Positions 14,725 to 27,288 of a stretch of DNA of 64,000 nucleotides are shown here, piece by piece. The notes under the pieces are model-generated. The model was not told the DNA's origin, searched no databases, and saw only the letters and a list, made by a program, of their open reading frames with translations. The stretch is from contig JAYWIR010000048.1 of NCBI GenBank assembly GCA_036172245.1, positions 186,001 to 250,000 on the forward strand, read 5' to 3'. The translations under genes were made by a program, and so were the position numbers. The stretch's first letter is position 1. The number at the start of each line of letters is the position of its first letter. The DNA comes from Raillietiella orientalis. Taxonomy: Eukaryota.

Positions 14725-16405
14725 ACAGACAAGATTGTAGTTATGTTCAAAAGGTGTTTTGTCAAATTCGCCCTATTTTGTAACAATATTACCCTCATGA
14801 AGGTGCTTCTGAAAGCAGATTTGTTACAGTTGTACAACGAATTTTTAGTTTGATATTAAATCAATATTACCTCAAGGTGAATTCATTTAAACTGCTGGAG
14901 TTGGATGGATGAAAATAATGATGGAGTGAATGGATGAATCAGGCTGAATGCTTTTAGAAAGAAAAGCACCACCACGAATTAAAACACGAAAACAAAACAG
15001 GTTCACCAAGAATAGACATTCTTACTCAAGTTATTAATTTCTGAAGTACTTTCATGTTCTCCCCATAGCTTACGCATTCTTCTCCAGCAGTTGCAAGCAA
15101 GTTGGATTCCCTGAAACTTAAATGGATTTCTTTGACTACATCATGTGATGTATACTCCTTTACAGTTTCCTTAATGTATTTCGTTGCACATAAAATCCGA
15201 GAACATGAAGTGCGGGAACTGTAAAGTGATTGGAGAAATTGGGATTGAAGCGACTTCATGTCAGGCTGTCAGCCTTCAACTCGTTTGTGCAGAAGGATTC
15301 AGGATCCAATTCTTTGCTTTCATCTGGCAGTGGTGTGCACTGAGGAAAGGAAGCTGTAAAAGATAAGGCTGGAGGAGAAGTGAAATCCAAGCACTTGAAG
15401 AAAGTACTTGGTTGGTGCCACTTTGCATGTGGGGATGCAAGTGGCCTGTGAAATTGCGTGCATCCGAAGACACTTTATCAAGGAGACACAATAGATTTGC
15501 ATTTCTTATTTTGCAACAGAGGAAACTTGTCCAGCTAATGGACACGATTCCCCTTCATCCTTTTTTTTTCGGGATACTGCATCAGCATCAGCATTGCCAA
15601 AGATAGCTATGCTCATTAACCGAAGTTTAATTTCAGAAATATGTTGTTCATTTGAAGTTGGTAAATTGCAATGGACTCTGTAGGTTGCTCTTTGAACCAG
15701 TTTTTCAGTAAACTTGACGTTTTGTTGGGTTTTTCCTGCTGAACCTTTAACTAGCTTGGGCTTCAATTCAAGTGCTTGCCTTTCTAGGTTGCATCCTTGT
15801 CAGTGATGGATGCTACTAGTGTGTGCATTTTTCATCACATTTGTATGAATGCATGATTTTTGTTGGTTTTGATCGTGTTTCTCATTTTCGAAATTGGAAT
15901 GGAAATTGTTGTTCTGGTGTGGTTTATTTGTGTGGACGTATCCACCCATGCGCGTTCGGCATACATAAATTCCGGAAAGTGGATTTCACCATCTTGTACT
16001 TCTGAAATGACCATCAAAACTGAAATTGTTCATTATTCACTCTCGCGGAACATAAATTTGGTTTCTTGGTGTGACTTTGACTCTTTTAATGGCTGACTGC
16101 ACCATTTTTTCTTCGCGCATCTCACTCATCTCCATTCCGCCGTTAGAGCAGTGATATGCAAATGGTTCCTTCTGTGATCACATCTTCCAAAAACTGTCGG
16201 TGTCGCTATGGTTTCGGACTTGATGGTTTCATCGTGAAGTCGTCGAAAATTCACTGATGGAAACGCATCAGGTGCCACGAAGCATCCGTACGTTTCCAGG
16301 CGGAAAGCAGCTTCCTGCCAAGCAGAATCCAACGATTGGACCTAGTCGTACGAAAGGAAACAGAAGGGCGTTTAACTGCGACATATCGTCGGAAGTGGAA
16401 ATATT

Positions 16406-17879
16406 TCTTGCTGCTGTGTGGAAAGACCTTAAATTTCACAGGCGGAATTATTCTCCAACGTACTTCACGGGGGCTTTCAGCTGATAGTTCGTCCAGGATT
16501 CGGCTAGAATTGCACCTTGCCAACTGGAAGCAACGCGAGAAGGCTTCTCCCGGAGCAACCGACTGAGATACCGACTAGCCCCTTGCAGCCTGTAATCCGA
16601 TTTGTCAGTGTCATTATCGAAGTGAGTGGTCGGCTCCAAGGAAGCATCGCCAAACGAAAACCGAACCGGTTCCGCTGACTCAAAGCAACAGGTGGTTGAA
16701 AGCCGACGTCACGAAGATTTCCAGGACCGCATGAATTGTTTTCTGCACCACAAATGCATTGAAGAACACTCACGGTTGGCATTCGAAGTTCCCACCTTGT
16801 TTCGAGGTTCCATTTTCCCACGTGGCCTCTGCCTGGCCTTGTTCGCCTGGAAACCGCGGCGCTTCCATCCCTCCTCTTGCAAAAGCGTTCCGAACTCCGT
16901 CGGCCTCGTTTTGCCACACGAGGATATTAACAGGCTGTCTAAGCTTACGTTCCTTGTTCGTTTGTCCTTTCGATTAAAATCCTAAAACCACATCAAAATC
17001 CTATGGAGCCCTCGTCAGTCAGTACAGCGTTTCTCGAGATTTGTGATCATTCCTTTTTCCAAAAGTCAAGCGAAATCATTCTTTTCATCCCGTAAAACAA
17101 AGTCATCTTCACGTACCCTTTCGCAAAACGCCTGATGCTCTTCGAGTGGCAAAAACGTCCGATTGCCTTCGGACCATACCAGGAATGTCCACAGAGGTTT
17201 TCGTGTGTTCTCAGCGATCATGTAATGTTAGCTCCGCTGCTGATACTCCATTTTCGACGATATGCCCTGCGCTCCAACTCCAGATAGCAAATGATCTCCC
17301 GCGTAAAATCCGAGAAGAATCTTCAAACCAAGTCGCCGCCCGCAACCACGAAAGCGATTGGACACCGCCGCCACGGCGAAGGACGAGGCGCGAAAGCGGG
17401 CGCCACGGGGGAGTTCCCACGTTGGCACACATGCGGAAGTGCCCGGTTTGCTCGCGCGTCCGAATGCCTGAGCCGACGTGCTCACGCGGCGCCACCGAGG
17501 CCTCCAGCAGATCCATCCAAGACTCGCAGAACCCCTGAAAACTTTCCTGAGGAGGCAGGCGCTGCTCCAGGACTCTCGTCGAATGGAGGGCGGGGAAACG
17601 AAAAATAAGATGCGCCGGTGGGTGGCAACGAAGGTGCTCCAGATGGTGGTCCGTCCCGGCAAGACCAACTTGCAATCGAGAAACGACACGAGAGCCAACC
17701 GAGGCATTTGAAGGCCTTCTTTGCCAACCGAGGAGAATCGCACGTGCTTCCCGTTCGTTCCACGCGAGCGTGTTTTCACGTGCTCACCCCGAGACGTTTC
17801 TTCTGAAAAAAATGTCGTGAAGGAAAACAGTCCTGTACAATGAGAAGATGTCTTTCCTCGTAGTGGTTTCACGCCACCA
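16406..17879. repeat. Left arm of 1474-bp inverted duplication (partner 24514-25987)
   Basis: Reverse-complement match at both ends (coordinate sum 42393). The ORF track gives identical peptides on opposite strands. Confidence 0.95.
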
Positions 17880-20800
17880 TGTCGCGCTCCACCGACCGAC
17901 CGGAAACGCGGCTCTCTCGTGATCGGCCTTGCGGCTCCTCTTCTTTCGAGGCCCGCTCGCACCCGTGGGCAGGTAAGCGCTCTCTTGGGGCCCTGAGGGA
18001 GAGCTTGTTCCACGGAAGAAAAATTTCGTGGACGATGGTTCCACCTCGGATCAGACAAGATGAAGCAGGCGAGGAAGGTTGACCTTTGTTCTGGGCTCCT
18101 ATAGTTGCAGTCCGAGGTCTCGGTGAAGGCGAACAGGTGGTTGCTCCATGCCCTCACTGGAAAATGCGTTCAGGCGAAGGTCAGCCCTTCCTAACCTGCT
18201 CCTTCATTCCATCAAGGTGGAAAGGGAGGCAGCGGGTCGCGAGAACGCGGAGGAACTGCAGTCGAGCTTGAGGTCTCTGCGCAGCCCGCTCGAACATAGA
18301 CCGTACAGCAGTCAGCAGCCTCCCTTCTCGAAAAGGAACGCATTTCGCGCCCTCAGGCTTCGAAGCCGACATCTTTGCAGACATGAAACCACCATCATCA
18401 GCGTGACTGTGTGGATTTGCGCAGATGGGACCTCGTGCTGCACGAAAGAGAGGCCGCACGGAAGCAACGCTGAGATGGACGGTCCTTGCGTTTCTCTCGC
18501 ACCTCTGCCGTGTTCGTAGGATAGCCGGAAGAGCGGGCACTGCTTCAGGGCAACACTCAGGCAGCTGAGAGGTCACTGCGGCCAACCGACGCGCACGTCC
18601 TGCACAACTCTCGGAGATTTCATTTCCACGCGCTGCGGACAATTCGAGACCCTCGTTTCCGGGAGATTTCGGTCGCTTTCGAGGGAAACCCGAGATGGCC
18701 TCATGGGCGGCTCAGGCAATGAGTCGACGCGCTGGCCTTCGGAGCAGCCCCACCCTATAAATGTCGACCTGGATACGCTTTTGATCAGCGAACTTGTACC
18801 GATAGGGAAGTGGTGGTGTGTGGGATTGTTGAGGGGACCACAAGCAGCTGATTTTCATCTGGAGCGAATTTTCTCCCTTCGAGTTGCTGGGGTAACGCGA
18901 CCGATCTCGCTGCCGAGTGCGGGACTTCTCGTCGCCTCTCGAATGTCCTCTCCCGTTTAGGTGGCCGAATTGCCATTGAAAGCATTCCAGCTCGCCGTTG
19001 CCGTTGAACGTCCTGCCGATATAGTAAGTCATGTTCGCTCCTTCCCGCACTTCTTGTTCCGGTTGGCAGAATTTGCTGCTCCTTTTTTTCCAGCCTCACT
19101 CAGCTCCGCTTCAAAGTGACGGATCGTCCGCCATGTTGAAAACGCGTGTGGGCTCGCTCCTTCTTGGACTGACTGTTCTAGAACTGCGTAAGTGCGGCGC
19201 GTAGCTGGCGTGGTTGCGAGGTTTCCAACTGAGGTGGTTCTCAAACTGAAGTATGGACCTCATAGCGTTGCAATGGCGTGAACAAGGGCACCCAGGAACG
19301 AATCTGGCGTACCCTTCACCAAAATGGAAACATCCGCGTTGCTTGGGCCGCCTTCCCTTCTGCTTTTTGCCCAGCAATCAAGCCGGTTCCCATTCTTGCG
19401 CCCGGTAGAAGCGGAAGCGGCTCGCTGGCATCCGTTGGGAGCGAACCACTTCCAGTGGACGTTCCCTGACTTGGTTGATTCATACTAACGATTGTGAATC
19501 TTCCAGTGATGTTCGCCAAGAAGACTCATTGTCAAGACGACTACTCTCTAGAAGATACAAGCTACAGAGTCGATAACATGGAATACAAAACCCATGGCTC
19601 TTATCACACTGGAGAGTAAGGAAGCGGGGAAGAAGCAACAATTCAAGGAGTCTTTCGCCCGGCGCTTCGGTGGACCCTCCAGGCGGTTCCGCGCGCGCTC
19701 TTTCAGCGCCTGCAGATGGGCGTTTCCGAACGCACGCAGAGGCACGAAGAGACCTCGTGCGAAGGCAAGCGAGTTGCATTGGAACTGCGCGCTTCGTTGC
19801 TGCGCTACACGAGTCTCTGAGCGAAGGCCACCATCGCGACGGTGCGCTGTAGTGGCCGCGCTGCGCCCAATCCGTGCCCGTACAATGAGGTTCTTCCGCG
19901 TTTGCTTTGCAGGGTCCCTGCCCTGGTGCCAGCGACCTGTCCGGCAGACTCAAGGATGAAAGCTGACGTTCTTCGCTTGCGGGGGAGGCGATCCATGACC
20001 TCTCATCCGGGCTGTGGTGGTTCGCCGCACCGGGTCGCTTGTGGGACATTTCTCGGATTGCTCGGTGGCGTTTCTGTCGCCTCGCCGTCGCAGCGCATGG
20101 TCGTGAAGACCGCGTTATTTTCCTGCGTGCTCAGCCAGCAGGTGGTGCTCCACTGACCTCGACTTCCTCCTCGAGCACCGAGACTCGTCTTCCGAGAAAC
20201 ACTTCCTCTGCATTCTCGTTCATCCCGATGCTGGGAATAGGAAGCGCACCGCGCGATCGAGCTGCTAACCTCGCAATACTCCGTGGTAGTCGTCAGCAGG
20301 AGTTCCCTTTGCGACCCTGCAATTTCCCTACTACCACGTTGGGCGTGCAACGCGATCAGCGCGGCGGAATGCCCCGCGCGGCGCTGATCTCCGAGTTGCA
20401 GCGAGGGATCAGCGCTGCGTAAGCCTTGGGTGGCTCCGACCCCGCGAGCAGGGACGGGATCCAGGCCGGGGAAAGCACCCGCCGCGCTGATCCCCTCCTG
20501 GAGGGATGAATCAGAGCGGCGGAGATCGCCCGTCGCGCTGATCCTTGCGCGGAGGGAGGGACTTCAATCTCTTTGACGTTTCGTTTTCAGGCAGGAACAA
20601 CCCATGAAAGTGGAGCGTGTTAAAAAGCGGGCGGTTCTATATCGGTGCAGATGGGACTCCGATTGTATTTGGCCCTTAAAGTGCAAAAGGGGAAGGTGCA
20701 AGCCGTCCCGATATGAAGTTGGACAACGCTGAAAAAGCATCGTTGCGCGCCCGGAAACGGTCCTAAATAAAATCAGAGAGTTCACAACTTTAGTGACTTT

Positions 20801-21699
20801 CGTTCGTTGGAGACCGCCGATGGGCGTTAAAAACAGGAACTCTGGAACCGAGAGCTTTGATAACCGGACGCCTTGCCGGGTTTGCAAGGCCCGCGTCGGA
20901 GGCCTTTTGGTTACGGTCTCCGCGTGTGGCACCTGGCGTTGCGGGTCCGAATACTGGGCACGAATCGACGCAAAGAGTTTGTGCGCGTCGTGGGTTCGAG
21001 TCGGAGACCCGCGAGATAACGCTGTTCGACCTCATTCCGGGGACGGCGCCCAGTGGTGGCTCAAACTGTACGTCCCCGACGAGGTCCCAAACAATGGAAG
21101 TCGATCTCCAGGTCCCTTCCAGGAATGAAGGAGTAGGAATTCCCCTCCGGTTGTGCATAGGAGCGGACCCTCCTTGAAGGGGAATCCTCCGTAGAGCAGG
21201 TGTGTCACCACCTCTCTAGAGTTCCAGAGAAGCGTGCCGCTTTCTTCGGGGAGAGCGCCCTTCTGAATTCCGGAGGCGTCACTTCGGGGTTCTCTTCAGA
21301 GGAGTAAACAGGAGCGGTTCCCTTGTGGGTTCTCTTCGGAGAAGAAAACATGGAGCGGACCCCTTCGGGGGTCCCCCCGAGAGAGTTAAGAAGGAGGATT
21401 CCCTTCGAAGGCAACCAGGGCTGGAAAGTTCCCTTCGGGGATCCCTCCCCAGGCGTGAGAAGCGGTCCCCTCCCGGTATCTTGAAGATTTAACACGTACC
21501 CTCGGGTGGGGTGGAAAACAGTCTCAAAGTCGCTGAGTAGTTCAAGAACCAGAGGCCCACGCTGGTTCTTGGAACTACTCAGCGAACCCCCCACAAACAA
21601 AAAGCTAAAAGGAATAACGGCGAAGAAGGATTTCCATCGTCCCCACCCGATATTCCCTGCAAGCGTAGCCAGCGTTGAGAAGCCCTCTATCGGCATCAC

Positions 21700-22290
21700 T
21701 TGAAACCTCTGCCGAACTTGACTGTGGTCGCCCAGGAAGCCGCGGTGCCATCACCAGTCGCACCGAAAACGCTTCGGGAGAAGACGACGCTCGGTCGCAG
21801 TGAGTCTGCCAAAGGCTTTCAGCTGTGTCGTTGCAGAGCTCCTGAAACTCAGCGGATTTCTGACAGCCTCCCTGACTTCCCTGCGCTCCAGCTAGCCCTA
21901 TTCACTTACGAACATTGGTTTCAGAGGTCAGAGGGTTTTCGAGGTGCCAGTGAGGCTAAGAGTTCGGAAGAGTGGCATGCTGAGCCCGCTGCTGTTCAGC
22001 CCCTTCCCCGAGTTGGTGCGGAGAACACACAGAAGGACTCTGGAAACCTTTCTGAGCTCGTGTGGACCAACGCCGATGATCTTTTGCTCTTGTTACCCAC
22101 GTCAGCCACGGCAGCATCGCTCGAGCTGATCCGTCGCGGTGCTTGCATAATGGTCAACGGGATGGAATCGTTCGTGTGTGCACTCGGCTTGTCGGAGTCG
22201 AAACAGGTGGTCTGGTTTCGCTTGGAGGTCCCCACAGTCCAGTATTTTGAGTTCCTCATTGTACCGTCAGTAATTTCTCCCCGGTAGAGA
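21700..22290 (+). mobile_element. Frameshifted non-LTR (Tx1/L1-like) reverse transcriptase fragment
   Basis: Across frames: SLPKAFSCV (DxxKAFD-like), RVRKSGMLSPLLF (QG.PLSPLLF-like) and WTNADDLLLLL (YADD-like), in the correct order. Confidence 0.6.
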
Positions 22291-22397
22291 CGTGGTCCGT
22301 CTGTCTTCGACAGAAGGTAAAGTCAGCGCTTGACCCGTTCCAGGATGCTAGGTTTCCTCTGCCTAAACGGACTATCCTTCCCATGGGTGTGAGCGGA

Positions 22398-22731
22398 CCT
22401 CGAAAGAAGAGGAGCCGCAAGGCCGACCACGAGAGAGCCGCGTTTCCGGTCAGACGGTGGCAAGCGACATGGGTCGACGCTCTCGTCGCCATCCCACAGC
22501 CACGAGGAGCATTCGAAACACGCCGAGGCGAATGCGTCAGCTTCCTCATTCCCGTAGGAGAACAATCTTCGCAGCGCCGCCGCTTTCCCGATCGGCCGGC
22601 AAGCGAGCGACCGCGGAAGTTCCCCGCTGGATTCGCGGACCCTGCAGAGCGCTCCGGCGGACGGGGCGTGGCACCGGGAAGGGACCACCGTACCTTGTCG
22701 TTTCCTACTTCACAATGTCTCTCGCTGTCGG
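22398..22731 (+). repeat. 334-bp direct repeat identical to 38711-39044; diverged partial inverted copy at about 17877-18020
   Basis: Direct comparison, offset 16313. Identical peptides in the ORF track. Confidence 0.9.
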
Positions 22732-22973
22732 CGTTCCAATCATCAAGGAGGATATCTCTGACGACGACGGACTCGCCCCGCCGGATCGTCCGCTCTTCCG
22801 CAAGGGAGGAAAGTGGTGAGCAGAAGCTGCCACAGGACACCGGCGTCTTCCACTGCTCCAATGGACCCATGGCAGAGGAAAAACTCTCAAAGTCCGGATT
22901 GGAATGCTGCGAGTTTCCCAGAAATCAGCCCGCCTGTCCGAGTTACTGGCAGAGAGTGGGGACTGGCGCCAGC

Positions 22974-23226
22974 GTCTGCAGCGCCCCGAGGAACGCGACA
23001 TCACTTGAAAAGGAGGAATAACTGGAATGCAATGATCCCGAGTGTTAGGGGACGCTCGAGCTGCGCGCTCGAGACGGTGCGGCCCATCACGTGAGTCAGT
23101 GACGTGGCCGTTTTTTTCTAACGGTTTGCTCTTTTCCGGAAGGCGATGGGCGTACCGCGATAGCCGCAGACAGGGGGCCGCCTAAGGCATCAAGGGGTTG
23201 GCGCCTCAAAGAAAGCTTTGAATAAA
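22974..23226 (+). pseudogene. Degenerate paralog of the 78-aa microprotein family (exon 2, remnant of exon 3/3'UTR)
   Basis: VCSAPRNATSLEKEE*...RPIT, CAC|GTGAGT donor at about 23090, then a 3'UTR-like segment resembling copies A/B with AATAAA at 23221. Confidence 0.55.
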
Positions 23227-23569
23227 ACCTTGTTCTGGAAATCGTTGATTTGGACCGCTCGCGGGGACGAGCTTGCTCGTGCCAGAAGGCGAGCTGGGAC
23301 TCGGCGTTCAGACGCTGCAGACGATGGAGTGCCGGCTTCAGCGTATCGGATTCGCCCTAGGGGCAAAGCTCTTCCGACCCCGCATCGGTGCATCCCAGCC
23401 AGACACTTGAGCCCAGGGACTCGGGGCATTCCTTGCGCGTGGCGACCGACAGTTGCCCCGATGCAGGTACCAACTCCGGCAAACGGTTGCGTTGGTCCAG
23501 GAGAGCAGATGGATTTCCTGGTGCTCCGCCAACTGGATCGCCTGGAAAGAGGCCACAGCTGAGGCGTGG

Positions 23570-24270
23570 GCAAAAGAAAACGGCACGAGCTTGGAGCAAT
23601 CGTGCTGCATGCGATTTCCGAAATGCGCTGGCAGCTCGTTGCAGGAAATCATGGTCTGCCCGCGGGAGACCGCGGGGACGCGGAACGCAGTCTACTTGCA
23701 GCCGTGCTAAACACAACGCTACAGACTGGAAATGGGGATGTCCTTGCGAGATGGAAAGTATTTTGCGAGATCTTGCGTGGAAATAGGCAGCTGCTGGAAT
23801 GCTGGATGGCGAGTCAACTTTCCGACTCGTGCACCCTTTCTTCCCTCCCCGAAGGAATGCTTTGCCATGGGGAGCTGCTGGACATTCCCACAGAAAAGGT
23901 TCCTCCGGTGTTTGCGGACAGCCGAGTCCACGCTTGCCATCAAGCGGTAGGGCTCGGCATCCAAGTTCTTGCTCTGGGCGATCCCAGGCAACGCACGAGT
24001 CCGCCACTGGACGAGAGCAAGTGTGGCGGCAGACCATGCTACGTGTGGAAAGGGACAGGGACATCTTCCCGCACCTGTTGTTGGATCGTGCTTTGTTTTG
24101 TGCTGAGCCCCGCCACGCTCCCAATAGGAAACGACAGAGAGGTCTTGCGGTGCCTCTTCGCGCGCAACACGATGTCTCCTACAGCGTGCCTCGCGGTTCC
24201 GGGCCGCCTTCGTGGGATCGTAGAGGCGAGGAGAAGCCGCGCCGAGAAAGGCCCAGTCCCACGATGAGCC
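23570..24270 (+). mobile_element. Degenerate C-terminal ORF2 fragment of a Tx1-like LINE
   Basis: GMLCHGELLDIPTEK and PHLLLD motifs parallel KGLLRWSELLRVPTEE and PHLLFEC in the 39045-40372 copy. Confidence 0.55.
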
Positions 24271-24513
24271 CGTCTCAGTCTTCTGCTACTTCGCGAGGGA
24301 GGCGCCTTTTACATTTCAAGCAAAAAAACTAGAAAGCTTGCAACAGCATCTAGAGGAAGCCGAGGACGTCAGGGAGGAATCTGTCCAACTCACTTCTCAG
24401 GAGACCTTTTGTGTGTTTTCGCATTTCGTTCACCCCTCATTCCAAGTCTTCTGGGTGCTCCTCGGTGCAGCGGCTCACGAGAAGCAGCGCCATCCCTTCT
24501 TTTGCCCTCGTAG

Positions 24514-25987
24514 TGGTGGCGTGAAACCACTACGAGGAAAGACATCTTCTCATTGTACAGGACTGTTTTCCTTCACGACATTTTTTTCAGAAGAAACGTC
24601 TCGGGGTGAGCACGTGAAAACACGCTCGCGTGGAACGAACGGGAAGCACGTGCGATTCTCCTCGGTTGGCAAAGAAGGCCTTCAAATGCCTCGGTTGGCT
24701 CTCGTGTCGTTTCTCGATTGCAAGTTGGTCTTGCCGGGACGGACCACCATCTGGAGCACCTTCGTTGCCACCCACCGGCGCATCTTATTTTTCGTTTCCC
24801 CGCCCTCCATTCGACGAGAGTCCTGGAGCAGCGCCTGCCTCCTCAGGAAAGTTTTCAGGGGTTCTGCGAGTCTTGGATGGATCTGCTGGAGGCCTCGGTG
24901 GCGCCGCGTGAGCACGTCGGCTCAGGCATTCGGACGCGCGAGCAAACCGGGCACTTCCGCATGTGTGCCAACGTGGGAACTCCCCCGTGGCGCCCGCTTT
25001 CGCGCCTCGTCCTTCGCCGTGGCGGCGGTGTCCAATCGCTTTCGTGGTTGCGGGCGGCGACTTGGTTTGAAGATTCTTCTCGGATTTTACGCGGGAGATC
25101 ATTTGCTATCTGGAGTTGGAGCGCAGGGCATATCGTCGAAAATGGAGTATCAGCAGCGGAGCTAACATTACATGATCGCTGAGAACACACGAAAACCTCT
25201 GTGGACATTCCTGGTATGGTCCGAAGGCAATCGGACGTTTTTGCCACTCGAAGAGCATCAGGCGTTTTGCGAAAGGGTACGTGAAGATGACTTTGTTTTA
25301 CGGGATGAAAAGAATGATTTCGCTTGACTTTTGGAAAAAGGAATGATCACAAATCTCGAGAAACGCTGTACTGACTGACGAGGGCTCCATAGGATTTTGA
25401 TGTGGTTTTAGGATTTTAATCGAAAGGACAAACGAACAAGGAACGTAAGCTTAGACAGCCTGTTAATATCCTCGTGTGGCAAAACGAGGCCGACGGAGTT
25501 CGGAACGCTTTTGCAAGAGGAGGGATGGAAGCGCCGCGGTTTCCAGGCGAACAAGGCCAGGCAGAGGCCACGTGGGAAAATGGAACCTCGAAACAAGGTG
25601 GGAACTTCGAATGCCAACCGTGAGTGTTCTTCAATGCATTTGTGGTGCAGAAAACAATTCATGCGGTCCTGGAAATCTTCGTGACGTCGGCTTTCAACCA
25701 CCTGTTGCTTTGAGTCAGCGGAACCGGTTCGGTTTTCGTTTGGCGATGCTTCCTTGGAGCCGACCACTCACTTCGATAATGACACTGACAAATCGGATTA
25801 CAGGCTGCAAGGGGCTAGTCGGTATCTCAGTCGGTTGCTCCGGGAGAAGCCTTCTCGCGTTGCTTCCAGTTGGCAAGGTGCAATTCTAGCCGAATCCTGG
25901 ACGAACTATCAGCTGAAAGCCCCCGTGAAGTACGTTGGAGAATAATTCCGCCTGTGAAATTTAAGGTCTTTCCACACAGCAGCAAGA
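24514..25987. repeat. Right arm of 1474-bp inverted duplication (partner 16406-17879)
   Basis: Reverse complement of 16406-17879. Its inner boundary lies inside a 12-bp-stem hairpin (24506-24537). Confidence 0.95.
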
Positions 25988-26009
25988 CAGCACAAGGCGT
26001 TCGATTTTC

Positions 26010-26824
26010 ACCCGGATTTCTACGGGTTTAAAAATAAACTTTGTGAATAAGATGTTAATGGCTGTAGCAATGCTCCAGCCACGAGCGAAGAACCACGGAT
26101 CCTGCCAGGTCACCGGTTCGCAGACCGGTACGGTCCACCAAGGCAGCAGGGGAAGGGGGAAAACAAAAAAATTAAACAAAAAGAAAAAAAAAAAGAGTGA
26201 TTTCTTCCCGTAGGGTACGGGAAGGGATCACTGATGCTGCTGGGGCCGCATCATCCTTCTCAGGATGCCGGCTAGTTCTTGTTGTATTTGAGGATCCAGG
26301 TGGGGCCATCGTGACGCCCTCCTCAGGAATTGGGAGGCGCACTGGATGGCATCCTGATCGCTTGGTCCTCCCGTAGCTGTGCTCCATGCGGCGACGATCC
26401 CGCGAAGGCAGCACAAAGCTGCTATCGAGGCCGCTGGCCGAAGGGCGTCGGCAACAAAGAGGGCTTTTAAGGCGTCCCTGGGGTTGCCGCAGGGGATTCC
26501 GATGGACGCAAAGCGGAACCAAAGGGGCTGAAGGGCATCACAATCCACTAGGAGGTGGGGGAGGGACTCCCGTTCCCCACACCTAACACAATTGGGATCC
26601 ACCGCTCCCCAGGTCCAGTGGTGTCGGCGGGCGTTGCAGGGGAGTCCCCAGTGCTGCAACAGGAGTGCCGACTCCTGACATTTTGAGGGGAGGGTGGAAG
26701 TGTTCATGAGCACCGAGGGCCACTTCAGATGTTCAATCGGAACATGGAGCAGCGCTCCTAGCGCAGAAGTCCATTGGGAAGCGTACTCGGGGTCGCAGCG
26801 TCTGTTAACTGGCCCGTCTTCCAC
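26010..26824 (-). mobile_element. 3' end of Tx1-like LINE (zf-RVT-like CxxC...HLLxDC region and 3'UTR)
   Basis: ORF 26228-26824: HWGLPCNARRHHWTWGAVDPNCVRCGERESLPHLLVDC...RWPHL. T-rich 3'UTR ending in a CCCG...CCGGGT hairpin. Confidence 0.8.
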
Positions 26825-26859
26825 TCTCCCTGCTTCTTCTCCTTTCCGGAGATTATCAT

Positions 26860-27210
26860 GTTAACTTCCCATCCCGTATGCAGTTCGCTTCATGCAGAGA
26901 GCTACCGGATGGCCCCACCTGGTTAGAATGAAGGAGGACCTCGAGGGCATCCTGCAAAGGATGGGCCCTCCCCGTAGTGAAATGTGATCCCTTCCCGGCC
27001 CTCGAAACTCTTTTTGTTTTTTTTTCTCAATTTTATTTTTCTTTTTGTTTTCTCCCCCATCCCCTTCCACTGCCGAGGAGAGTCACACCGGGCTGCCTCC
27101 CGGCGTCCCGGCAGGTCCAGTGTTGCGTGGCCGTTAGTGGGGCCTTGTACCACGTTTTTTTGTATTGACCATGCAAGAGGTTTTTAATAAACGTCCCGGA
27201 GTATCCGGGT
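26860..27210 (+). mobile_element. Short 3'-terminal fragment of the same LINE family, opposite orientation
   Basis: FMQRATGWPHLVRMKEDLEGILQRM parallels FLRRASRWPHLDPQIQQELAGILRRM. Ends AATAAA(27186)cgtCCCGGAgtaTCCGGG. Confidence 0.7.
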
Positions 27211-27288
27211 GGCATCTCCAAACCCGGAGGGAAGGAGCCCCAGGGGAAACTCCTCACAGAACTCGCGGACCGAACGCTTGAAGAAGTC

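Noticed and set aside
17228..18157. 309-aa ORF (and its 275-aa twin at 24338-25165)
   Set aside because: Crosses the duplication breakpoint, has different N-termini in the two copies and no recognisable domain.
16406..25987. Composite or foldback DNA transposon with long TIRs
   Set aside because: No transposase, TSD or subterminal repeat structure. The arms end at microhomology/hairpin junctions, and each arm continues into unrelated sequence.
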